This document shows, piece after piece, positions 39,101 through 49,270 of a stretch of 64,000 nucleotides of DNA. A program made the position numbers and the translations under genes. The notes beneath the pieces are model-generated. The model was not told where the DNA came from. It did no database searches and worked only from the letters and a program-made list of their open reading frames with translations. The stretch comes from Asterias rubens (lineage: Eukaryota), in the NCBI RefSeq assembly GCF_902459465.1, contig NC_047076.1:9362001-9426000 (forward strand), read 5' to 3'. Each line of letters begins with the position of its first letter. The stretch's first letter is position 1.

Positions 39101-42100
39101 ATCCACAAGAGGGCGCTGTTTCAGCATGATCAAAGACTTGGGAACAAGTCTATGGACGTGACCGTTCTCCATCCACAAACAAAATGTCAGCCGTTTTATT
39201 TTCGCTTTGGCGACAGAATGTTGACAATTTACGGTTTTATTTTAGACCTTTCCGAGATGAAAAAACATTGTATGTGTTCTTATAGATCATAGGTAAGCTA
39301 GTTTGTGTATTATTGTTGGTAAAAGAGAGGGAGAAAATGCAATTTGGGTGAACAAAAAATGTTAAAAACGTGCCGCGAATAATGCCCTTCGCTTAACCAT
39401 GTTAACAACGTGTGTACATCATGTGTGTAAACATGGAGGATGGTGTGAAGTAGAACAGAATGATCCACGGTTACGATCTCTTACTTTTTAATGGCCGATT
39501 TCTGATGCTTTTTTAGTTTAACAAAAATAATCTTAATAAAGCATGCAATTTCAATAGTTTTGGCATCAAGAAGAAAAAAAAAAAAAAAAAAATCAAATTT
39601 TCTGAAATCCCGTTTTCCGTTTCTAAGGGCGGATTCCGCGAATTCCGTCCGTTTTCCGCAATCACGGAAAATCAGTGGCCCTACATCGTACGACTACTGT
39701 GCACACAAGTCATCCGCACTCGTACCACTAACCACATGCGGAGGCCGTCAGGCCGACAGCCTTGTCGGGTCACTTCCGGGTTCAATGTGTTTCATTAAAA
39801 TATTTCCACTATTGGAAAAAAATGGGGGGGGGGCTCTGGGATATTCTAGTATGCAGCTCATGAATATCTTTAGTCAGACCTATCAGACAACACAGGATGT
39901 GAGGCAAATGAATAATTCATTTTGACGTCAAATCATGCACTTCCCTTATCACGACCTTTGGACTCTATCATGCTCGCTGAGCGTCCGTGGTGGTGGTGTG
40001 TGATGTACATGTACATGTAAACATGTCTCGTCTTTTGCGGGCATTATGGTAATGAGCCGACCGTGGTAACTCTTCGCTTATTATAGTAATGAGGTCAGTG
40101 GTTTAAACACAGACCCTACAAGGCTGTCAGCCTGACGGCCGACGCATGCGGATAGTGTACGGGGGCATCGTGTCATGCGATGTTACGCACAGTGAATACG
40201 GGTGGGTGTTTATACAGCGGCGGTCTTTTTTGGGAGTGAATAATTCGACTGCCTTGAGCAAGGCTTATGAACTTGATACTTCGCCAAAGTTAGATATTCA
40301 TTAGGAGAGCAAACCGTGGGAGTTGCGTTATGATGACGTCATTTATTCTTGAGTTATGAAAATTCAACTTTTGATCTACAATAAGGAATTCTTACAATCA
40401 ATACATCATCGGAAAAGCCATTAAAAACTACGTAAACGCCTCACAGACATGACACCATTTTGATCTTGTCTTCCGGCTCAAAAGAGAGGTTGAAAATTTC
40501 AAAATTCATATCTAAAGAACTACGTAAATCCCCCATTGGTATGCATACAGATTGTACATGTAGGCCCTCACCACGTGCATTGAACTAGCAGCAGCAGAGT
40601 CACGCTCCAGTGATCACCAATAGAGCGCGAAAAAGCTTCGAGTACAATAGTCTTCGTTCAAGGCATTTAAAATATACGTGTCCCTTACTGTTAGTTAGTC
40701 TACTATACAGTCAATATTTCATAAATTCATATTGCCTCAACCACATAAGCTATTTTGACAATCTATACATCATACGTGTAGGGCTTTACACTGGTGCAAA
40801 TCTTTGTGTAAACCATTCATGGTTCTGAAGCTTGACCGGTTGGATTACTGATCTTTACTAAGTGACTGTTTAGTACAGATAAAGGTAATTTTGGCACATT
40901 TGATTTGTGACTTTGCCTCATTGTAATTTATGTAGCCAATTGCAGCAACATGTCATCATTGCAAATGTGGTATCATTTTACACAGAGAGGAACACTTCAG
41001 CTTTGCATTGATATGACTTATATACAAACAAAGTAATAAATGATAGCAATATACTTTTTGATTGAAAAAAGATTCCTAACTTTTTGTGAGCAGTCTAGTT
41101 GAAAGGCATGGGCCCGTCAAAATTGTGTATGATATCACGACAGGTACATGTACCTCTTAGTTTATTAAAATGTATTTTAAAGACAAAATAGCTATTACAG
41201 GAAAATATCAGGCTCTGAATTCCAGACCTACAAATAAAGTCCATACAATAAAGGAGGTGCCTTTACCTGTTTCTGGACTGGATTTTTAAGGGGATCTGTA
41301 CTTACAAGGACTGATTGGTGATCTTTGTAACTGAGGCCGAAGTAATCTTTCTCCACGATATCTAGCGTATAAAAAACTTGGTTGTACAACTCCTCCGCAT
41401 TGGCGTTTTTCTGCAAAAGATTTATATAAAAAAAGAGGTTATTTTGTTAATTGCATTGTAATATTCAAGTCTGTTTGGGCCTAGCCTTGATCGAGGCACT
41501 CCAGCCAGCCGCGACCTGCAAAATCCCAATCCCCATCACTGGATTTCGCCAGCGCACCCCCCCCCCCCATACATAACACAGTGCATATACATGTAATACG
41601 TGTAGCGTATATGTACACATACACACTGTACATGTATGTACATACAGTACATGTACAATCTGTACGCTACACGTACGGTACATGAGTAACTTCTGAGTAG
41701 CGTTGTTTGAGCCACACGCACGAGGTTGAAGACATGACCGTACTCATGACTACGCTATCTCGCTGTACAATGTACTGCACAAACAATGTATATTGTTCGT
41801 GTATACACACTGCGTGCAGAGTTTTTGATGCCGAAGCGTGCCGCGCACCAGGCCGAGGCACACAACGCCAACTGCCTTGAATCAAGGCTAGTTTGGGCCT
41901 GAAAATCACTATAACAAGTTAACAGTTTCTATAGGCCTTAAGTGAGATTTGCAGAAGACATCATAAACTCTTTGAAATGGACCAATGATTCTGCGAGGAC
42001 AGATTCCTAGCGTGAATTTAACATTGTGTTTTCAATCATTTTTGGGTACCATCTTTGTGAAATTTTACCCCATTCTAATTTTTGACCCCAAAATGTTGAA

Positions 42101-45100
42101 CAGGGACTAAGGGAATATAGACGTAACCACAACATGTACTATACAAACTTGTATTTAATCACTAAATATGACCCATTTACACACAATTTGTCATACAGTG
42201 ACAGGACCAGCTGACACAACCTGTGCCCTGCATTCCCCATGGTGCTATTGATGTCTGGATGACAACACCAAAGGTCCTGACCAGCATGGGTGTGTTTCGT
42301 GTTTCTGATCTGGCTTCTTGACATTCTGGCGGTAGCCATAAATTTCTGCTGCCTGTAAAAGAAAACGGCCACCTACACATTTTTTGTACATGAAGTGTGT
42401 ACTGTGTACAATGGATAATCAGCGAGCAAGGGGTATAGTATTGTACATGACACTGTCTGGTGACATCCCAATCAGCTGTTTGAATACATTGTACTATACA
42501 TGGGTACATAGTTGTGTACAGCTGTCCTCATGTCAATTGCTTAGAGAAAGAAAAAGAAAAAACAACAGTAAAAAAAAACCACCCGAATTAAACATTGCCC
42601 AGAAAAAATTCTCTCTCAGTGATCCATGAAGGCCACTTCAATTCAAGGGAAAAAAATGTATTTATAACTTGTGGGAGCACGAAGATGTACACACAGTACA
42701 GTGTTTCAGGCCTAGTGTAAAAATGTTGTACTTTTAACGTATGTATATAACGTACTCTGCAGATCAGTTTTTGTTTTTTCAACAGTGTCTCTGTACAAAA
42801 CAAAGATCTATCCAAAAAGATGCATTATAACATTTGACATATTTTCAAGGGACAACCCGGCTTAGTCTTAGACCAAGCTTGGCAACAGAAATGACAACCC
42901 CGACCAAAGCTCTTGCCTTTTAATATCAGAGCCGTGTTTGTATGTAAAACATATTACATAGATGTATTGTACATGGGAACCACTCACAAGCTGGCCATTT
43001 AAATCTGATGTAAAGTGTACAGTTGCGTTTAATTATTATTTCCATAGTACACACACTTCCACAAGGCAACTGTTACACAGTTTCTGAGCCTGGGTGGGGC
43101 ATAGTGATTCATGTCCTCAAATCCCTCCTACAATATGAAAACTTATTTTGCGAGTGATTATACCAATTGGAATGTACAATGCAATTTGCCACTTGACATA
43201 ACTCTAATTTGCTATTCTGTACATCATGATTTTTATAGGTTACTGTTCACAAGACTTTGGAAGCAATTGGTTGGTCTTTGAAGGGGTGGTTGCAAATGTG
43301 CCAAATGAGCCCATAAACTTTGTGGCGGTAAATGGTGGCAATCACCTCTTCCCCTTGGCTTCTGCCTTGGTCCACCCTTAGCATTGTTATTACACTAGAA
43401 AAAATACAATGGCTGTGAGAGTCACAAACAATTGGGACACTTTCTACTCTCACCACATCTTTATTACAAACCAAAAAGCCTTAAGTTTGTCAAAAAGAGT
43501 ATTGATGTTTTCCTTCTTTTAGATTTAAGTTTGTATCAACTGAAATTGAAAAGTACATTGTATATGTACAACATGTCACATCCAGCAAAAAAAAAGTTCT
43601 TCAAAGTATATATTTTTTGTAAAATATAATATTTTGTTGTCGACTTCTGTGCTAATAATTGTCATACATACGTGTTATGTAACATGTGTACGTGCGGTAT
43701 TGTAATTTGCTGAAGTTCCAGATGTTGGTTTAACGGTGTGTTAATTTTTTTTTAAATATAATTCCTCTAAACAAAATGTGATAACTTTTAAATGGCGATT
43801 GCTTCATTTTCAGAGGGGATATATGTAAAACAAATGACCCACACAAACATGCCTCGAAATTGCACGGATTTCCTTTTATTTGTACCTCAACGACTAACAC
43901 GGTCGCCCATTTATGGGAGTCAACTGGATGTGACATCATACATATACCGTATGTAAATGGCCTGCTCGAAGTTGCGAGATAATTATGAAAGAAAAATCGC
44001 TGGTCATGCTTGTCTTGTCACACACAGTTGTGTGCTTTCAGATACATGATTTCGAGACCTCAAAATCTAATTTTGAGGTCTCAAAATCAAATTCGTGGAA
44101 AATTACATGTACCTTTCTCAAAAACTATGTTACTTCAAAGAGAGTTGTTTCTCACAATGTTTTATACTATCAACAGCTCCCCATTACATGTACATGTTCC
44201 AATTAAGGTTTTATGCTAATAATTATTTTGAACAATTACCAATAGTGTCCACTGCCTTTAAACTTTGAACAGTGCAAATACCTAGTGATGTGTACATTTG
44301 TATTTAATTAATACAATTTCCCTTTCTGTCAATTAAATATGACAAAGCTTTCTGTATTTTTGCCTTCCAATTATGCTCCACGTCTTTGTAAACAGACTAC
44401 AAACAAAATTTCTGTACTGTAATAAATACAACCATGAAGTTACAGACAGGGATGCCTGATTATGCAGACCCTTACATTGTCCTTTTCTATTGTAATTTAT
44501 GTATACCAGCCCAGGCTGTCATCCTTTATACATGTAGGGCCAGTTGGCTTTGTGTTTACTGTAAACAAGGCCATGAAAGCTGTTCGTTTATATTGAAAAT
44601 CAAATTAAAAAGGACTGTAACCAAAATGTGTGTTCCATGATGTACACATAAATACGAAGGTTGGGAGGCCTACATGTGTATGTAGTATGATCAATCTACA
44701 ATGTTACTTTGTCCTTTCTTCATGCTTACAAATGTTTTATTTATTTCCCCAGTTAAATCAACCCATTTGAACGGGTTGTACAGAGGTGTGTATTATATAG
44801 TGTATTTTATTCCACCTCTGGACAAATTGCCTCTACATTTAATGTACTTAAGTTACAATTGTACATCATAATAGCATACTAGGCTAAATGCTCACAAATA
44901 ATATGGTAATGCCTAAAACTTCGCCACCCTGAGGATAAAGAATAACTGAGGTTTTACCCAATTTACATTTTACACTCATTGTGGTTTAGTTGGTAAAACA
45001 CTGCTCTAGAATTACAAAGGTTGTCTGTTCACGTCCCACCCCGAGTAATACATAATTTGCTTACTGATTATTTTATAGAAGTCAAAGTGAGTATCGAGTG

Positions 45101-48100
45101 CTAACACACATTAGTGTAAGGGTAAAACCCCCAAATTAGGCATTTTATAACAAATGTTATGTTGGCGTAACGTGCCCAGAAATATAGACATTGTGACATC
45201 ACATGTTTACAAAAGAGCCACAGAGCCTGGACTTCCTGCAGGCATGATTTGTACATCCCAGCTCAATAGAAGAAAACATAAAATCTATTTTGTGGAGATT
45301 GCACTGTGTAATTCTTCTCAACTTTTGATATGATGAAAGGGGGCACATCTCAAAACTTGACCAGCTTTTACTTTCATAAGTCTTGCTTTTATGTGAAACT
45401 GGAAAATTTCTATGTGTCACACAATCTGTACACAAAACAAGTCCCGTTAATGGGTGGCAACTGCATACAAAGTAAACAGTACTAATGTATGTATAGTCAC
45501 CTTACTAAATTGCCCCACTCCCCTTGCCATCATTTTACATTTAGCACTAAATGTATGTATGAACACTATTTGTACATCATCATATTTTTCAGCACCAACC
45601 TTTATTTATTTTTTTATTTTAAATCTGTAGACATACACAATAGTTACAAGTTGTACAGGGGCTGTCAAGGTTAAAACCAAAGTATAAAAACTTTCATAAA
45701 AAGATGTGTAAAACCAGACCCCTCCCAACGATAAAAATATAATTATATTACAATATAAAAAGGAGATTGCACTGAAACATTACAAATTAAAACGCAAGAA
45801 AAACCAGATTATTGAAGAAAAAAAAGTGCACCCCCAATGAAACACCGTGACAACAATTTAAGAATAAAAACCATAGAATGCACTAAAACCCTCAAAAAAC
45901 AAAATATATCTGGTACAGAGAGCAATTAAAAAACTCATTCAACTTAAAACTTAAAAAACCTTCAACTCATTTCAAAACATAACAGAGAAAACATGAACCA
46001 TAATTTACTATCTTACCTATTGCACTTTCAATTACTACAGGACATGTATGCAAACTGTGTTTATTACAACCCTGACTTCACAATAAATCACCCTTGATCC
46101 CCAAATTCAAGAAACTATCAGACCATGACATGTTTACATGGCCAACACCAGACAGCATAATTGATTCGCCAAATGGCATCCACCATTTCTAAATTGACCA
46201 ACCACATTCTTTGTTCCAAGTGTGTGTGTCATGCCATTGGAATGTTTTCATGTCTCATATTTATTTTTAATAGGTCATATTATATTTTTTGCACACATTT
46301 TGGTAATAACTGATAGTGTACGCACACAGCGTTAATTGTACAATGGGTAACATCTTCCACATCATTGATGACTGGTACTGCCATGACTGCAGGGCTTGAA
46401 GTGAAAATCCCCAAGACCAAAAGATACAAGTAGCTCAACTGTTTTTTTTCATTGACCAAAATTGTTTTTCTCATAAGACCACGATGGCAAAAGAAGACTT
46501 TCCAAGTCTGTAAATTTTTAACCCTGCACAAACTAATTCAAAAACAAACAAAAACCATCCTACTTGCATGGTACATGTAATTGTATTTAGTTTGTTATTA
46601 ATCCTCGATAAGATGCATGATTATAAACCAGTTTAATGACAATGACACAAAATAATAAGTTATCAACACATTCAGGGGCTGTACTAAAAATTTACAGTGG
46701 GCCGCAGGGCATGTTTAACATGTACAAATGTAGGTCATTGATTTCCCAGTTTGGCCAGATGAACTCATGCAATAACAAGCCTATTTGTTTTATTGCTGTT
46801 TTTAAATTGAATAATTTGTTTGCCAAGAGGTGCACCCTTCTATTTTTGTTAAGCCTTGATGTCAATAGAGCGGTATGCCTGAAGCGTCATTCTATAGGAA
46901 AACAGAAAGGGCAAGAGCATCAAGGAGATTTCTCCTACTGCAAAGAGCACATCTACAGGTGTATGGGGACATATTGTGAATTTCTTGGAACATTGCAAAG
47001 GGCACCAAGGCAACAGAGATATTGTTGGAAAGTTTTTCTGATTTTGATTCTGTTCGTGTATAAAACACTCCAGCCCAATACACATTTTGTGCTACAGACG
47101 GACCCTACTTGTTGATTTTCTCCCCAAATTCGAGCCCAGTGTTTGAGTGTTACTGAAAACAGACAACAAGCAACCCACCCCCCCCATTAATTTTTATTTT
47201 AAACCTCGCAGCATCTATGTACACCTCTTTTATGAAGTTATTGGATTGGTTTGGTGTAATAAATGGCAGCTTGCATGTGTCACACATTGTGCTTCACAAT
47301 ATCTTTAAAATGCAAATTGATGGGTGTTTCCTACGTATTTTTTTTTTTTTAAAGTGACACCGACAGTTGACAGTAAAACTACGTAACACTAACACTGATT
47401 TCTTGACAGCTTGATGTGATCTGATGATGTCATCACAACTTTACTGTCGTCACATGTTCATTGTTTAACGCATCACCCCCTTGCACTATGATCAGATCAA
47501 CAGTGCACTTTATCCCCGATGCAAATTTAACATCTATTATATCATTGCGGTACCCGCTGCCAAAACATAGGATTCGAACTGCCTCTAGCTGGTAAGACAC
47601 TGCTCTAGAATTGCAAGGGTCGTGGGTTCGAATCCCACCCGAGTAACTTGCCTGTGATATTTTTACACAAGACTCGGGAAAGTACTGAGTATGGTGTATT
47701 GGTAAAAACCAAAAATTAATATAACAGTGCACATTGTTATGTTATAGATGTATATAATGTGTAGCAGGGTATTCAGGTGTGTTAAGTGCCTAGTTTACTA
47801 GTTGCGATAACGTAACCCTCCTCCCGACAGCCACCAGGCCGGAGGGTTACGAAGCATCCGCAATCTGTGCAGGGCAAAATGGTTAAAAACGTATAATTTC
47901 GACAGCCAGTCAGCAGATTTGCTCCATTTTTACCACATTTGAAAATCATGACACAAACTCTAGGAACACGAACTTGATCCTCAATGCCTAATGAATCCTA
48001 CAAAAATTGCTTACAAGCATGCGAACGGGGGAAAATGAACTAGACGGGAACAAAATTAATTCAACTGACAGACAATATCAAACGAGCAAAACAGGACAAG

Positions 48101-48934
48101 AAATATTGATCAGGACAGAAACAATTTACGGGGCTATGGAAATAATACGGGAAAGGAAAAAAGAAAAGAACTAATTAACAGGACAGGAAACAAACAACCT
48201 GAACGGGAAAAAATAAACGAAACGGAGTACAAATACAGGGACAGTAATTGGTATTGTGACGTCGTCACTCTTGTTAAGCAATAATTAAATTAATAAGATT
48301 GATACAAAGTTAAGATCAATCATTCTATAGCATCTACTACAACAATACTATATTTTATACTGTATTACTAAGCATGCTACTAAGCATGCTTAGCATGCTT
48401 AGCAGCTTAGTGCTTTGGTTTGTAAATTGTATTGTGAAATTGGAACAGCGCGGAACTCTACATGTAGCTAGGAATCTAGCCGGAAAAGTTTCCGTATGGC
48501 GCCACCACTTTTTCATTCGATATGAAATAATATAGTATCTAATTTACCTCAATGAGATATCCCTTTTTGTAAAAATGAGTGAAAAGGTGGTGGCGCCATA
48601 CGGAAAGTTATCCATCTAGCCTAGGATTAGGATTTACTTTTTTTTTTAGGTGTCTTTTATTTTACTTATAGGTTAGGAAGTCATCCAATTGAACTTTGAA
48701 GCATAGTCGGTCATAGATAGTTAATTTCAGATTATTTATACTCACTTTAACCTCGTAAACTTTGTCTGTGCCATCCAAGAATAACACCTTACAGACGAAA
48801 ACATGTTTGCTGCTTGCCGCCGGGACATGCACTTCGGTCCCCCGTCCGCCATGTCCATGCCCCCCACCAGCTGCGGCAGAGTTGTCGTGTCGACGATACC
48901 GCCGTGAAAATCTCCGCGACAAAAATCGCATCAT
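5950..48934 (-). CDS. EPB41L5: Band 4.1-like protein 5 / Yurt-type FERM-FA domain protein (whole gene span, spliced CDS ~918-941 aa)
   Basis: Exons joined at GT-AG with matching phases give FERM N/M/C lobes ([61 protein letters not shown]), FA region (GSRFRYSGRTEFQ...[11 protein letters not shown]) and C-terminal KKCTLTTEL*, matching vertebrate EPB41L5 (…KCLLTTEL) from recalled sequence. Confidence 0.93.
6297..6520. mobile_element. MITE (CCCCGAGGG-containing family); inverted homologue at ~62540-62710
   Basis: Shared TACAAACGCC, GTGCAACAATT and CCATGGACCCC motifs between the two loci. Confidence 0.5.
7329..7729 (+). mobile_element. TTAA-targeting non-autonomous DNA element (Kolobok-like), family A
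   Basis: TTAA|AG(C/G)CAGTGGACACTATTGG ... CCAATAGTGTC..CT|TTAA; further copies or fragments at 1-90, 28230-28412, 28541-28960, 31404-31755, 33017-33362, 43965-44257, ~54740-55050. Confidence 0.8.
8782..9048. mobile_element. MITE with GGGCCCA..TTCAT TIRs (Harbinger-like)
   Basis: GGGCCCAGATTCAT ... ATGAAATTGGGCCC; CAG on both flanks. Confidence 0.7.
9529..9576 (-). CDS. EPB41L5: Candidate 48-nt cassette exon ([16 protein letters not shown])
   Basis: Acceptor CCCTTTCTCTCATGCAG, donor GAA|GTAGGT, phase 0-0, Ser-rich like neighbouring exons. Confidence 0.6.
10321..10626 (-). CDS. EPB41L5: EPB41L5 coding exon 16 ([14 protein letters not shown]...PSLSNIG)
   Basis: 306 nt open, acceptor CACTAG, donor GGG|GTATGT, phase 0->0. 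Confidence 0.8.
11599..11923 (-). mobile_element. Short Penelope-type insertion (long-tail subtype) starting with an intact hammerhead core
   Basis: 7-bp TSD TACTGAT (11592-11598, 11924-11930); homologous to 62262-62545. Confidence 0.7.
11882..11921 (-). ncRNA. Minimal type-I hammerhead ribozyme motif (core intact, 5' strand of stem I missing)
   Basis: Minus strand reads CUGACGA-U-GACUAG-AGCAAG-CUAGUC-GAAAC-GUU-GAGAC. Confidence 0.6.
12680..12890 (-). mobile_element. Degenerate tRNA-derived SINE with conserved core
   Basis: Minus strand: GTGGCTGAGTGGTCTAG ... GGGCTCAAATCCC ... CACCCAGGAGTAAATGAGTA. Confidence 0.5.
13346..13866. repeat. Minisatellite, 48-bp unit x ~11
   Basis: Unit AGTCACAGATGCAACACGCAACATGGTATTTTGGCTGGTTTCTGTGCT; one 7-nt deletion unit and one 5-nt duplication unit. 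Confidence 0.97.
14752..14992 (-). CDS. EPB41L5: EPB41L5 coding exon 15 ([16 protein letters not shown]...PPPPKS...SPNMLQ)
   Basis: Acceptor TTTTTGTTAACAG, donor CAG|GTAGTA, phase 2->0. Confidence 0.8.
17320..17438. repeat. Tandem repeat, 29-bp unit x 4
   Basis: GTGCAAGGACTCACTAACATGTCCACATG repeated. Confidence 0.95.
17601..17967. mobile_element. TTAA-targeting element, family C
   Basis: TTAA|AGGAACACGTTGCCTTGGATCGG ... CCGATCCAAGGCAACGTGTTCCT|TTAA; fragments near 35990-36072 and 43780-43925. Confidence 0.85.
18416..18436 (-). CDS. EPB41L5: Candidate 21-nt microexon of EPB41L5 (V-VRKSKV-S)
   Basis: TCTTTTAAACAG|GGTAAGAAAGTCCAAAGTCAG|GTAAGA; frame-preserving in phase 2. Confidence 0.5.
18520..18999. 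mobile_element. MITE with TA TSD and internal GGAAAA/TTTTCC motif array
   Basis: TA|CGGAGACTGGAAGTGAAATGCTGAAAA ... TTTTCAGCATGTCACTTCCAGGGCTCCG|TA. Confidence 0.75.
19975..20165. mobile_element. MITE family with GTCGATTTCACAAAG TIRs
   Basis: Related copies at ~26160-26290, ~26890-27030 and ~32857-33014. Confidence 0.7.
20262..20345 (-). CDS. EPB41L5: EPB41L5 coding exon 14 ([29 protein letters not shown]), symmetric phase 2-2
   Basis: Strong acceptor TTTTATTGTTTCCAG, donor GT|GTAAGT, 84 nt, open in the required frame. Confidence 0.8.
23392..23737 (-). CDS. EPB41L5: EPB41L5 coding exon 13 ([14 protein letters not shown]...[15 protein letters not shown]...DDGQF)
   Basis: Phase 1->2, donor CG|GTAAGG; [10 protein letters not shown] resembles the vertebrate DFKSNILKA segment (recalled). 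Confidence 0.85.
24092..24399 (-). CDS. EPB41L5: EPB41L5 coding exon 12 ([19 protein letters not shown]...DDPMQSGL)
   Basis: 308 nt open, phase 2->1, donor GTAAGT, GC-richer coding-like composition. Confidence 0.85.
25078..25141 (-). CDS. EPB41L5: EPB41L5 coding exon 11 ([22 protein letters not shown])
   Basis: Acceptor CCTGCAG, donor GG|GTAAGT; phase 1->2 bridges exons 10 and 12. Confidence 0.8.
26015..26127 (-). CDS. EPB41L5: EPB41L5 coding exon 10, FERM-adjacent region ([38 protein letters not shown])
   Basis: Phase 2->1, GT-AG, FA motif. Confidence 0.92.
27381..27550 (-). CDS. EPB41L5: EPB41L5 coding exon 9 ([12 protein letters not shown]...[19 protein letters not shown]...GSRFRY)
   Basis: Phase 0->2; donor is the weaker GTCAGG; read-through hits a stop within 3 codons. 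Confidence 0.9.
27595..27858. mobile_element. MITE with ~50-bp TIRs just upstream of the exon 9 acceptor
   Basis: GCAGCTCCCAAGGTTAA..ATTCCTG..TTTGATC.TATT.TCACAG inverted at 27810-27858. Confidence 0.7.
28541..28960 (-). mobile_element. Family A TTAA element, complete copy
   Basis: TTAA TSDs at 28537-28540 and 28961-28964; reverse orientation relative to 7329-7729. Confidence 0.8.
29528..29686 (-). CDS. EPB41L5: EPB41L5 coding exon 8 ([21 protein letters not shown]...VVEDDEQ)
   Basis: 159 nt, phase 0->0, FERM-C. Confidence 0.92.
31189..31276 (-). CDS. EPB41L5: EPB41L5 coding exon 7 ([29 protein letters not shown])
   Basis: Phase 2->0, AAG acceptor after long pyrimidine tract, donor GTAAGA. 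Confidence 0.92.
31404..31755 (+). mobile_element. Family A TTAA element, 3'-interrupted
   Basis: TTAA|AGGCAGTGGACACTATTGG start; same internal sequence as other copies. Confidence 0.75.
32652..32772 (-). CDS. EPB41L5: EPB41L5 coding exon 6 ([40 protein letters not shown])
   Basis: Phase 1->2, GT-AG, ELGDY/SEFRFVP motifs. Confidence 0.92.
33017..33362 (-). mobile_element. Family A TTAA element
   Basis: Ends GTGTCCAGTGCCT|TTAA; left end abuts a Harbinger-like MITE. Confidence 0.75.
33665..33718. repeat. Perfect ~24-bp-stem hairpin
   Basis: TCTCAGTGTCCAGACTCGAAAGAT-ATTC-ATCTTTCGAGTCTGGACACTGAGA. Confidence 0.9.
34363..34460 (-). CDS. EPB41L5: EPB41L5 coding exon 5 ([32 protein letters not shown])
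   Basis: Phase 2->1, GT-AG, FERM-M. Confidence 0.92.
34798..34876 (-). CDS. EPB41L5: EPB41L5 coding exon 4 ([26 protein letters not shown])
   Basis: Phase 1->2, donor GTAAGC, conserved [11 protein letters not shown]. Confidence 0.92.
34988..35335 (+). mobile_element. TTAA-targeting element, family B
   Basis: TTAA|AGATGTTATGTCAGATTTTT ... AAAAATCTGACAAAGCATCT|TTAA; second, right-truncated copy at 420-755. Confidence 0.8.
36878..36920 (-). CDS. EPB41L5: EPB41L5 coding exon 3 ([14 protein letters not shown])
   Basis: Acceptor TTTTTCAG, donor G|GTAAGT, 43 nt. Confidence 0.92.
37546..37638. repeat. Tandem repeat, 18-bp unit x ~5
   Basis: GGGTTAAGAATCCCAGTT with variants. Confidence 0.9.
38370..40310. 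mobile_element. Older long-TIR element hosting the 38691-39682 MITE
   Basis: 38370-38600 plus 39690-39770 is a diverged reverse complement of 40115-40310. Confidence 0.6.
38691..39682. mobile_element. hAT-like MITE with 8-bp TSD
   Basis: AGGGCCACTGATTTTCCG ... CGGAAAATCAGTGGCCCT; TSD ACATCGTT/ACATCGTA; empty site visible in the adjacent tandem duplicate at ~38540. Confidence 0.85.
41306..41410 (-). CDS. EPB41L5: EPB41L5 coding exon 2 ([35 protein letters not shown])
   Basis: Acceptor TTTTGCAG, donor GTAAGT, 105 nt, DYFGL motif. Confidence 0.92.
43965..44257 (-). mobile_element. Family A TTAA element, truncated
   Basis: Ends CCAATAGTGTCCACTGCCT|TTAA. Confidence 0.75.
47575..47720 (+). mobile_element. 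tRNA-derived SINE; related copy at ~44985-45130
   Basis: TAGCTGGTAAGACACTGCTCTAGAATTGCAAGGGTCGTGGGTTCGAATCCCACCCGAGTAA. Confidence 0.65.
48482..48613. mobile_element. 132-bp MITE, GG..CC termini, perfect 8-bp TSD ATCTAGCC
   Basis: TIR GGA(A/T)AA(G/C)TTTCCGTATGGCGCCACCAC; TSD at 48474-48481 and 48614-48621. Confidence 0.85.
48746..48934 (-). CDS. EPB41L5: EPB41L5 coding exon 1 ([12 protein letters not shown]...[13 protein letters not shown])
   Basis: ATG at 48934, donor AAA|GTGAGT, phase 0; basic N-terminus and start of FERM-N. Confidence 0.92.
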
Positions 48935-49199
48935 CTTGACATGTAATTCCCTCGGTTAAATTTAGTATTTAGAAACCGGAGAAAGGTTATAGAGACTTAT
49001 TGTACATCTGATATGTCACCTGGCTTCTTAAGTTGATCATGTTTCTGTAAAAAGAGAAATTTCAAGGCATGTTGTTCCGGTTTGAATCCCATATCATTTT
49101 GAGCTTGGATGGCAGGTACGAATTTGTGTAGTGTTGGTACCCGTTTCTGCTTTCTAAACGTAAAAATGGTATTAAAAGATAAACGTCACCAGTGTTTAC

Positions 49200-49270
49200 C
49201 ATCGACCCATATCAAAAACTCGCGAGAATTCCAAACGATCGCGAGAATGTAAAATAAAGATGGCGACGCC
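49200..49270. promoter_or_regulatory. Probable bidirectional promoter core
   Basis: Local CpG-rich patch with two TCGCGAGAA motifs (49219-49228, 49238-49247) and a YY1-like AAGATGGCG (49257-49265); minus-strand donor at 49199 and acceptor at 49045; plus-strand donors at 49375 and 49428. Confidence 0.55.

Noticed and set aside
46636-47115. 159-aa plus-strand ORF in EPB41L5 intron 1
   Set aside because: No recognisable domain, non-coding-like composition and no supporting splice structure
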